Assembly (NCBI GenBank): GCA_963708075.1
Contig: OY970194.1
Span: 1,664,001-1,728,000 of the forward strand
Direction of reading: 5' to 3'
Length of the DNA: 64,000 nt
DNA from: Sedimentisphaerales bacterium
Lineage (GTDB): Bacteria; Planctomycetota; Phycisphaerae; Sedimentisphaerales; Anaerobacaceae
Both the position numbers and the translations under genes were made by a program. The notes under the pieces are model-generated. The model did not search any database, was not told the DNA's origin, and was given only the letters and a program-made list of their open reading frames with translations. This document shows, piece after piece, positions 52,761-61,088 of the stretch (the stretch's first letter is position 1; every line of letters starts with the position of its first letter).

Positions 52761-54773
52761 TCAGGTGCGCAGTTCGGCGGCGACGGCTTTGTTGAGGCTG
52801 GCGAGGATCGCGGCCTGATACTGGTCCACGGTCTCGTGGGTGAGCGTGCCGTCTTCGTCGCGGAAGCGCAGGGACAGGGTGAGGCTCTTCTTGCCTGCGG
52901 GGATTCCCTTGCCGCGATAGATATCGACGAACTGGACGTTCTCCAGCTCGGCTGGGGCAGCGTTCTGCACGGCCGCGGCGATGTCCGACCAGCGGGTTGT
53001 CTCCGCTACGACGATGGACAGGTCGCGGTCGATGGCTGGGAAGCGCGGGATCGGGCGGATTTTGATCGGCCCGGCTTTCAAGGCCATCAGCTCGTCGAAA
53101 TCCAGCTCTGCGCCGCACGGGGTCACGTCTTTGAAGTCGAGCTTCTGGCGAACGGCCTCCGAGAAGATCCCCGCCTGCCCGATCTCCTTGCCGTCAACCA
53201 GGACGCGGGCCCCTACCTCCGCCCAGGGGAGCTCGGCGGGCACGAACTCGGCCCTGGCGTTGCGATTGAGGCTCTCGACGAGACCCTCGACGGCGCCGCG
53301 AAGGAGCCGGAAGTTGGCATCGACCACGAGTCCCAGGTTCGCCCTTTCCAGCGGCAGGGAATTCCTGTCGCCGGCGGGAACGAACGTGTCGGCGATCTCG
53401 TATACGCGGCACGGCAGGTTCTTCGCATTGACGTTCGTCTTGAGCACGTCGAGCAGCGAGCCCAGCAGCGTACGGCGCAGGATGCCGGCTTCTCGCCGAG
53501 CCGTCTGCCGCACGGCCAGATGCGACCCCGGCCCACCGGCCGTGAAGAGGTCCGCAACACCCTGATCCACAAAATCGACGTTGATCGTCTCGTAGAAGCC
53601 GCAGGCGTTGAGCAACGTGCCGACATACTCCGCCATCGCGTGGCGCGCGTCGGCGGGCACGGCCTCGATCTGAATCCTCCTTCGCGTGGGCACCTTGTCG
53701 TAGCCATACACGCGGATCACTTCCTCGATCAGGTCCACCTCGCGGTCAATATCGCTTCGCCAGCTTGGGATCGAGCAGATGACCGAGCCATCCTGTAGTC
53801 GCGGCTCAAAGCACAGGCCCGCGAAGATACTCAACACCTGCTGCGTCGGGACTTCGATCCCGAGCAGCCGGCTCACGCGGGAGAGCCTCATGGATACCTG
53901 CAGCGGCTGGGGCTTTCGCGGATAGGCGTCCACGAGCCCTTTGGCCACCCTGCCGCCGGCGAGTTGCACGATCAACTGCGTCGTACGCCTCGACGCCCAA
54001 TCTATTTTCTCTATATCCACAATCCGCTCGAACCGGAAGGAAGCCTCCGACGGAAGGGCCAGCCGGCGGGAGGTCGTGCGGATGCAGACCGGATCAAAGT
54101 AAGCGTCCTCCAGCAGGATCGTCGTCGTGGCGTCGCTGACCTCGGTGGCCAGGCCGCCCATGATGCCGGCGACCGCGACCGGCCGTCGCGCATCGGCAAT
54201 GACAAGCATCTGGGGGGCCAGCGCGCATTGCGTACCGTCGATGCTGACGATCTGCTCGCCCGGCGCGGCCTTGCGAACGATGATCTTGCGTCCTTCGATC
54301 GTGGCATAGTCGAATGCGTGCGGCGGCTGACCGGTCTCCATCATCGCATAATTCGTGGCATCGACGACGTTGTTGACGGCTCGCATGCCAACGGCCTCCA
54401 GCCGCTTCTGCATCCACGCAGGCGATGGTCCGATCTTGACGCCCTCGATGACCCGGGCGGTGTACCGGCCGCACAGGTCCGGCTCGCGAATCTCCACGTC
54501 CACGAACTCGGAGGCGGGCCTTTCCACTTCCGGGAAATCGATCTTGGGCAGACTCAGCGGCTTGCCCGTGGCGGCGGCCAATTCCCTCGCGATGCCGATA
54601 TGACTGAGGCAATCACCGCGATTGCTCGTTACTTCCACGTCGATCACCGAATCGTCGGCCAGGTGCTCGATCCCCTCACAGGGCAGTCCGAGATTGCTCA
54701 GAATCTCCGCAATCTGCTCGGCCTGCAGACCGGTTTGCACGTAATCGTTCAACCAATTCAGAGAAATCTTCAT
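52761..54773 (-). CDS. pheT: Phenylalanine-tRNA ligase beta subunit (short form)
   Basis: 'MKISLNWLNDY', 'TSNRGDCLS', 'NNVVDATNY', 'DLIEEVIRVYGY', 'RFPAIDRDLS', 'GKKSL'. Confidence 0.95.
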   Translation of the reverse strand: MKISLNWLNDYVQTGLQAEQIAEILSNLGLPCEGIEHLADDSVIDVEVTSNRGDCLSHIGIARELAAATGKPLSLPKIDFPEVERPASEFVDVEIREPDLCGRYTARVIEGVKIGPSPAWMQKRLEAVGMRAVNNVVDATNYAMMETGQPPHAFDYATIEGRKIIVRKAAPGEQIVSIDGTQCALAPQMLVIADARRPVAVAGIMGGLATEVSDATTTILLEDAYFDPVCIRTTSRRLALPSEASFRFERIVDIEKIDWASRRTTQLIVQLAGGRVAKGLVDAYPRKPQPLQVSMRLSRVSRLLGIEVPTQQVLSIFAGLCFEPRLQDGSVICSIPSWRSDIDREVDLIEEVIRVYGYDKVPTRRRIQIEAVPADARHAMAEYVGTLLNACGFYETINVDFVDQGVADLFTAGGPGSHLAVRQTARREAGILRRTLLGSLLDVLKTNVNAKNLPCRVYEIADTFVPAGDRNSLPLERANLGLVVDANFRLLRGAVEGLVESLNRNARAEFVPAELPWAEVGARVLVDGKEIGQAGIFSEAVRQKLDFKDVTPCGAELDFDELMALKAGPIKIRPIPRFPAIDRDLSIVVAETTRWSDIAAAVQNAAPAELENVQFVDIYRGKGIPAGKKSLTLSLRFRDEDGTLTHETVDQYQAAILASLNKAVAAELRT

Positions 54774-55108
54774 GCCACAAATCCTTCCAGGTTCTGCGTT
54801 GCGGCCCCACAGTACCGCAGGCAGCAACGGATGTCAATCCGCGCAACCGCGGCCGCTCTCGTTCGGGCCGCGATAAAAAACTTAAAAGGTATCGAGCTTC
54901 GCCGCACTTGTCAACGTAAGCGGTCCTTTGTAAGCTGGCGGACGATCGAAAGACGGGCTCGGGCGTGCGGAACGCCGGGGCAGCGAAAAGATATGAAGCT
55001 TCCGCGGTGGCAGTTGGTTGGAAAGGCCCTCGACCTCACGGATGTGCAGCCTCCCTGCGTTGAGGACCATTGAATCAGGCTGCGTGATTTTGCAGGAGAA
55101 TAGTGGTT

Positions 55109-55654
55109 ATGATTCCGATAAGGACAAAGTACAAAGTCTGCGTTCTGCTGGTTGCCTGGGCTGTCGCGGGCGTTCTGATGATCCAAATCGCCCGGTCGGA
55201 TGCCGGCAAGCCGGAGTTCTCCCGGACCACGATCGATATCGGGGTGGTGGTCAGCGACGTGGAGAAGGCCGCGAAATTCTATACGCAGGCCCTGGGCTTC
55301 ACCGAGACGGGTAGCTTCGATGTGGCGGCCCAGATGGCATGCGATACCGGCCTGACCGACAGCAAGCCCTTCAAGGTCCGCACGTTCACCCTCAGCAAAG
55401 AGCCGACCGCCACGAACCTGAAGATCATGCAGATCGCCGGCGCGAAAGCGGTGGACAACCAGTACCTCAGCTCGAGCCTGGGCTTTCGATACCTGACGGT
55501 GTTCTTCGGCGACCTGGGCAAGACCGTCGAGCGGCTCAAGCAGAACGGGATCACGCCGGTCAAGCCGCCCTACCGTCTCGGCAGCGGAAACAACCACTTG
55601 GCTCTTGTCAAGGACCCCGACGGCAATATCATTGAGTTGATCGGGCCAATGTAG
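55109..55654 (+). CDS. VOC/glyoxalase-superfamily protein with N-terminal signal/TM
   Basis: 'IGVVVSDVEKAAKFY..ALGF', 'VKDPDGNIIELI'; hydrophobic N-terminus. Confidence 0.8.
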   Translation: MIPIRTKYKVCVLLVAWAVAGVLMIQIARSDAGKPEFSRTTIDIGVVVSDVEKAAKFYTQALGFTETGSFDVAAQMACDTGLTDSKPFKVRTFTLSKEPTATNLKIMQIAGAKAVDNQYLSSSLGFRYLTVFFGDLGKTVERLKQNGITPVKPPYRLGSGNNHLALVKDPDGNIIELIGPM

Positions 55655-55690
55655 CAGCGTTTGTGCGAGGTCAGGTTCGGAGCAACCTCG

Positions 55691-57196
55691 ATGCAGTCGG
55701 AAACGCGAACGAACGATTTCGAGCGGTTTGAGCAGCTCATCCAGAGCGGCACATACTGCATCTCCATCGTCACGCACGAGGAGCGCTATGCGCTGGAGAT
55801 CGTTCGCAAGACCGCCGCCAGGCTCAAGCGCGACATGTGGATCTGGTCCGTTGCCGACGGCGTTCGCGACGGCGCGATCGACGGCGGGCCCTGCATCGTG
55901 GGCACGGACACGCCCGCGGCGGGGCTGACAAACCTCTCGCAGGCCAAGCCCGGCTCGCTCTGCGTCACGCTCGACCTGGCCGAGCATCTCAAGAGCGGAA
56001 AGGCCCTGCGCATCCTCCGCGACCTGGTCGACAATTTTCATAAGATCGGCATCGCGATCATCATGATCGACTGCAATGGCAATGTGCCCGATGTGATCAA
56101 GGCCTACGCGAGGTCGTTCGAGATTTCCTTCCCCGATGAGGAGGAGTTGCAGCAGATCATCCGGGCCACGCTGCAGCGGCTCCATCGCAAAAAGCCGGTC
56201 GAGATCGGCATCACGCAAAAAGGACTCGACACGATTGTCCGCAACCTGCGGGGGCTGACGCGCCGCCAGGCCGTGAGGATCATTACTGACGCCGTCAGCG
56301 CCGACCAGAGCTTCACCGACGACGACATCAACGTCATCATCGCCAACAAGCGGCGGATGATCCAGCAGGGCGGCTTGCTTGAATACATCCAGACGCCCCT
56401 TGACCTGAGCGAGATCGGCGGGATGGGCCGTCTCAAGAAATGGCTCACTGACCGGCGTGACGTCTTCAGCGCCGAGGCAAAGGCGTTCGGCATCGTGCCC
56501 CCCAAGGGCGTGCTCATGCTGGGCGTGCAGGGAGCGGGCAAGAGCCTGTGCGCCAAGGCGATCGCTACCGGCTGGCAGCAACCGCTGCTTCGCCTGGACC
56601 CAAGCACACTGTATGCGAGCTTCATCGGCGAATCCGAGCGGAACCTGCGCGAGGCCCTGCGCCAGACGGAGATGATGGCCCCGGTGATCCTCTGGATCGA
56701 CGAGATCGAGAAGGCGTTTGCCTCCGCCGCCAGTCACAGTGCCGACGGCGGGCTTTCCCAGCGGATGTTTGGCACGCTACTGACCTGGCTGCAGGAGCAC
56801 CAGGCGCCGGTATTCGTCGTGGCCACGGCCAACGACATCGAGGCCCTACCGCCGGAGCTGCTTCGCAAGGGACGATTCGACGAGATCTTTTTCGTGGACC
56901 TGCCCACGACGGAAGTCCGGAAGGAAATCTTCGTGATCCACTTGAAGAAGCGTGGCCGCGATCCGGCGGACTTCGATCTGGACGCCCTGGCCGATGTCTC
57001 GGAAGGCTTCAGCGGGTCGGAGATCGAGCAGGCCGTCATTGCCGCCCTGCACGAAGCCTACGCGGAGAAGGCCCGGCTCGATACGGAACGGATCGCCGCC
57101 GCCGTACAATGCTCGCCCCCGCTGTCCGCAACCATGGCGGAGAAAGTGATCGCGCTACGCGAGTGGGCCAAGGGCCGCTGCGTGCCCGCCGATTGA
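55691..57196 (+). CDS. Ycf46-family AAA+ ATPase
   Basis: 'IGGMGRLKKWL', Walker A 'GVQGAGKS', Walker B 'LWIDEIEK', 'ATAN...LPPELLRKGRFDEIFFVDLP', 'LREWA'. Confidence 0.9.
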   Translation: MQSETRTNDFERFEQLIQSGTYCISIVTHEERYALEIVRKTAARLKRDMWIWSVADGVRDGAIDGGPCIVGTDTPAAGLTNLSQAKPGSLCVTLDLAEHLKSGKALRILRDLVDNFHKIGIAIIMIDCNGNVPDVIKAYARSFEISFPDEEELQQIIRATLQRLHRKKPVEIGITQKGLDTIVRNLRGLTRRQAVRIITDAVSADQSFTDDDINVIIANKRRMIQQGGLLEYIQTPLDLSEIGGMGRLKKWLTDRRDVFSAEAKAFGIVPPKGVLMLGVQGAGKSLCAKAIATGWQQPLLRLDPSTLYASFIGESERNLREALRQTEMMAPVILWIDEIEKAFASAASHSADGGLSQRMFGTLLTWLQEHQAPVFVVATANDIEALPPELLRKGRFDEIFFVDLPTTEVRKEIFVIHLKKRGRDPADFDLDALADVSEGFSGSEIEQAVIAALHEAYAEKARLDTERIAAAVQCSPPLSATMAEKVIALREWAKGRCVPAD

Positions 57197-57308
57197 TCCT
57201 GAGCGACACAACGTTCTGCGTCACCACTATCCGCCGAATTTGTCTTCTCAAGGCGCCCTGTCCTCGTATAATAGCCGCCAAACAGGCTCATGGAAAAGGA
57301 CGTCTGAC

Positions 57309-57737
57309 ATGACCAGATGCTTGATGCCGCTCCTTGTTGTTGGCTTTCTGAGTGCAGTCACGATCGGTGGATGCGTGGAGCGCAGACTTACGATCAACAC
57401 ATCGCCCGAGGGTGCACGGGTCATCCTGAACGACCAGGAGATCGGCGCCTCGCCCGTGACAGTCCCCTTCAACTGGTACGGCGATTACTGGGTCCGCATC
57501 AGCAAGGACGGCTACGAGACGCTCGACACGCATCGCAAACTCAAGGCCCCCCTGCACGACTACTTCCCCTTCGATTTCTTCGCCCAAGTCCTCTACCCCG
57601 GCCGGATCGTCGATTCCTATGAGTGGAACTTCGAGCTGGCGTTCAAAGAGTACCCCACCCGCGACACGCTCATCGAGAATGCCCAGTCGCTGCAGAGTCA
57701 GCTCGAGCAGCGCAGCCTGACGGCCCCGTCGCGCTAG
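57309..57737 (+). CDS. PEGA-domain lipoprotein
   Basis: Lipobox 'IGGC'; 'INTSPEGARVILND..IGASP', 'KDGYET'. Confidence 0.82.
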   Translation: MTRCLMPLLVVGFLSAVTIGGCVERRLTINTSPEGARVILNDQEIGASPVTVPFNWYGDYWVRISKDGYETLDTHRKLKAPLHDYFPFDFFAQVLYPGRIVDSYEWNFELAFKEYPTRDTLIENAQSLQSQLEQRSLTAPSR

Positions 57738-58672
57738 GCGAGGTTGTGCCGGTACCAGTCGATGGACTTTTCGAGGCCTTCGCGGAAGAGAACGACGGGC
57801 TTGTAGCCGATCAGGTTCTTCGCGGCGGTGATGTCGGCGAGGGAGTGCTTGACGTCGCCCGGTCGCGAGGGTTCGTAGATCGGCCGAACATTCTTGCCCA
57901 GAAGCTCGTTGATCGCGTGGATGATCGCATTGACTGTCACGGCCTCACCGCAGGCGATATTGACGACCTCTCCGTGCGTTTCTTTCGCGCGTGCCGCCAG
58001 GAGATTCGCTTCCACGATATTGTCGATATAGCTGAAATCCCGGCTTTGCTCGCCATCGCCGTAGATCGTGGGCGGGCGGTCCTGCAGGATGGCCGTCACG
58101 AACGCGGGGATCGCCGCGGCGTACTGGCTGGCGGGGTCCTGGTGAGGCCCGAACACGTTGAAGTAGCGAAGGGAGATCGTCTCCAGACCGAAGACGCCCG
58201 AGAATACCGAGCAATAATATTCACCCACGAGCTTTCCGACAGCATAAGGAGACAGCGGACTGGGCGCCATCGTCTCCACCTTGGGCAGAGTCGGCGTATC
58301 GCCGTAGGCGGAGGAGCTTGCGGCGTAAACGAACCGCTTCACGTGAGCGTCCCGCGCCGCCATGAGCAGTGTGAACGTGGCGTCCACACAATGCCGATGT
58401 GTGGAGGCGGGGTCGTCCACGCTTCGCGGCACGGAGGGCAGTGCTCCCTCGTGCAGGACGACGTCGATACCCTTCACGACTTCGCGGGCCACCTCCGGCT
58501 CGCCCATGTCGGCCTCGACGAAGTCGATCTTGTCCTTGATCGGCGCCAGGTTGCTCCGCTTGCCCGTCAGCAGGTTATCCACCACCCTGACAGAGCATCG
58601 CTCCTTGACGAGGCGTCGGCAGATGTTGGAGCCGATGAAACCGGCCCCTCCGGTTACCAGATACTTCTCCAT
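57734..58672 (-). CDS. NAD-dependent UDP-sugar 4-epimerase (WbpP/GalE-like SDR)
   Basis: '[10 protein letters not shown]', 'PSVPRS', 'ASSSAYGD', 'PLSPYAVGK', 'RYFNVFGP.QDP...YAA.IP', 'GDGEQSRDF'. Confidence 0.9.
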   Translation of the reverse strand: MEKYLVTGGAGFIGSNICRRLVKERCSVRVVDNLLTGKRSNLAPIKDKIDFVEADMGEPEVAREVVKGIDVVLHEGALPSVPRSVDDPASTHRHCVDATFTLLMAARDAHVKRFVYAASSSAYGDTPTLPKVETMAPSPLSPYAVGKLVGEYYCSVFSGVFGLETISLRYFNVFGPHQDPASQYAAAIPAFVTAILQDRPPTIYGDGEQSRDFSYIDNIVEANLLAARAKETHGEVVNIACGEAVTVNAIIHAINELLGKNVRPIYEPSRPGDVKHSLADITAAKNLIGYKPVVLFREGLEKSIDWYRHNLA

Positions 58673-58683
58673 CCAAGACCTCA

Positions 58684-58778
58684 GGATTTGTGATTTACGA
58701 TTTACAGCTTGGCCACGCGGCGCACCAGGCGCAGCCGCGATGGTAAATCAAAAGTCATAAATAGTAAATCGTAAATCC
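58684..58778. repeat. Palindromic heptamer-repeat element (GATTTAC)n...(GTAAATC)n
   Basis: Left arm GATTTGT-GATTTAC-GATTTAC; right arm GTAAATC-AAAAGTC-ATAAATA-GTAAATC-GTAAATC; inner stem CGCGGC/GCCGCG. Confidence 0.7.
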
Positions 58779-58779
58779 G

Positions 58780-61011
58780 TCATGCGGGGTTGGCGGCCAT
58801 CTGGGCTTTGAGGTAGCGGCGGTAGGCCTTGAACTGCTGGCGGAAGTACCCGCCCTTCATGGCCTCGGCCCCGAACAGCACGCACCCGACCACGTTGGCG
58901 CCGACATCCTGCAGCTCCGAGATCGTTCGCTCGGCCGCTCCGCGTCTGGTGACGGCAGCGTTGAACACCAGGATCGTCGCATTCACAAGCTTGGCCAGGA
59001 TCTTCACATCGCTGACCAGCAGAACGGGCGGACTGTCGATGATGACACGGTCATAATCGCGGGCGACGTTTTCAATCAATTCCCTCATCCGCTGGCTCGC
59101 CAGCAGCTCCGCGGGATTGGCGGTGGGCGGCCCGGAACAGATCAGGTCCAGGCCCTCGACGCCGCCGGGCTGGATCGCTTCATGGTAATCAGATTCGCCT
59201 TTCAGGATGCTCGTCAGCCCGGGCCGATGCTTACAGGCATCGTCCTCCGAGGTTTCCAGCGGATACGCCAGGTGCAGGCTCGGCTGCCGCAGATTTCCGT
59301 CGATCAGCAGCACTTTCTCGAATTTGGCCACGAACGCCGAGGCGAGATTGCACGCCACGGATGTCCTGCCGTCGCCGGGGGAGCCGCTGGCGACAAGGAG
59401 TGTTTTCAGCGGCGTATCGCTCGACAGCTCGAGATTGGTCCGGCACTTGCGATAGGATTCGCCGAGCAGGGAGTAGGGCGCCGCATCGACCACGCGGCAC
59501 AGATCCACGTCGTCCACGGCGCGGTCCTCATTCGCATCCGGGATCACGGCCAGAAGCGGGATATTCAGGAACCGCCGGACGTCGCTCGACGTCCGCACCA
59601 GGTCGTTGAGCATCTCAAGCAGAAACGCGAACGCCAGGCCCATGACCAGGCCGAGCATCGTGCCGCCCGGAACCCACAACAGGATATGGCGGGAGATCAC
59701 CATGTCGAGCGGCTCGGGAGCCGGGCCGACCAGTTGCACCTTCGGAGTCTCCGGATCGTCGAGCATGATCCTGAGCTTTTCGACCTGCATCTTGATCTGG
59801 GTGAGCATTTCCACCCGCTCGTCGCGTTTCTTCATCGCCTGCTCATATTCCGAGCGTGCGTCGTCCAGGCCATTCTGCTTTTGCTGAGCGTCGTTCCGCA
59901 GCCGCTGAAGCTCGGCCAGCCGCTCCTCCAGGACGCGCAGCGTGTCGCGGGCGTTCATCAGATTGGCCCGCCGGGTCTGCTCGGCGATCTGTGTTCTGCG
60001 CTGGCTCCTCTCTGTCTCGATCTTGTCGATCAGCTCCTGCGTCTGGCGCACGATGCGATGGTTCTCGCCGAATTTCGTCAGTCGGCCGGATAATTGAGCC
60101 TGGTACAGGGCGATCTGCTGGGCCAGTGAAATCATCAGGGGGTCCTGCTCGATGGCGTGCTCGATCTGCACGGTGATGGGGCCCTCGGCCAGTTGCCTGA
60201 GGTTGCCGATGTCGGCCTGAAGCTGCTTGATCGCCAGGGTCATCTGGCTCTCCTGCAACTCCAGGTCGTTCAAGCGAAGCGTGATGGTATGCTGGAAGTA
60301 GCGGCCCGCGGGTTTCTCCAGGTCGGAGATGCCGGTCTTCGTGCGCACATCCTGCATGGCCCGCTCGCTGTCGGTGATTTCTCTCTCCACGGCGCCCTGC
60401 CGGGCCGTGAGTTCCACGAGCTTCCCGCTAACGCCCGACTTCTCACTCTCTCCATGTTGAGTGACAAACAGGCGGGCCATCTCGTTGACGATCAGGGCCG
60501 CTTCCGCCCGGTTGCCGCAGGTCATCGACACGACGATGTGCTCGGCCTCGCGCTGCGGATAGGCGTTCAGGTGCCTCTCCAGGCTCTTGGTGGCCTCATC
60601 CTTGTCCCCATGCATCGCCTGTCGAAACCACTTTGTCTCGCGGACCTTGTCGCTGATCCTGAGCAACTCCTGCAGATTGCTCTGCATCTTCATCAGGTTG
60701 GCCAGAGAGAGACGATGCCCATACTGGATGTCCTGCTGGACCTGGGAGGCCACGACTTCCATCGGGTCGGTCTCGCCGGGCGGCAGGACCTTGATCACCG
60801 TCTCCGCCTTGTACTGGGGCAGGTATCTTCGGACCAAGTGCCAGCCTCCCGTGCCGGCCGCGCCTCCCATGATGGTCATGAAGATCACAAGCCACACGTG
60901 GCGGCGCAGCATGCCCAGGACTTCCTTCGGCGTCAGCGCAGCGGCCGAAGCCTTCCGTGCCCCGGATGGTCTCGACCCTTTGCCGGCAGCCGTTGGATTT
61001 CGGCTTATCAT
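58780..61011 (-). CDS. Second Wzc/GumC-type co-polymerase with variant Walker A
   Basis: Two TMs and a long coiled coil; 'SGSPGDGRTS', 'LIDGNLRQP', 'IIDSPP', tail 'GGYFRQQFKAYRRY'. Confidence 0.85.
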   Translation of the reverse strand: MISRNPTAAGKGSRPSGARKASAAALTPKEVLGMLRRHVWLVIFMTIMGGAAGTGGWHLVRRYLPQYKAETVIKVLPPGETDPMEVVASQVQQDIQYGHRLSLANLMKMQSNLQELLRISDKVRETKWFRQAMHGDKDEATKSLERHLNAYPQREAEHIVVSMTCGNRAEAALIVNEMARLFVTQHGESEKSGVSGKLVELTARQGAVEREITDSERAMQDVRTKTGISDLEKPAGRYFQHTITLRLNDLELQESQMTLAIKQLQADIGNLRQLAEGPITVQIEHAIEQDPLMISLAQQIALYQAQLSGRLTKFGENHRIVRQTQELIDKIETERSQRRTQIAEQTRRANLMNARDTLRVLEERLAELQRLRNDAQQKQNGLDDARSEYEQAMKKRDERVEMLTQIKMQVEKLRIMLDDPETPKVQLVGPAPEPLDMVISRHILLWVPGGTMLGLVMGLAFAFLLEMLNDLVRTSSDVRRFLNIPLLAVIPDANEDRAVDDVDLCRVVDAAPYSLLGESYRKCRTNLELSSDTPLKTLLVASGSPGDGRTSVACNLASAFVAKFEKVLLIDGNLRQPSLHLAYPLETSEDDACKHRPGLTSILKGESDYHEAIQPGGVEGLDLICSGPPTANPAELLASQRMRELIENVARDYDRVIIDSPPVLLVSDVKILAKLVNATILVFNAAVTRRGAAERTISELQDVGANVVGCVLFGAEAMKGGYFRQQFKAYRRYLKAQMAANPA

Positions 61012-61088
61012 GTCTTTCTCCGATCAGCGCCCGCGGATCATCCCGGCTCCGCGGATACGCAGTGTAACATACTCTTCACCACCCTGTG

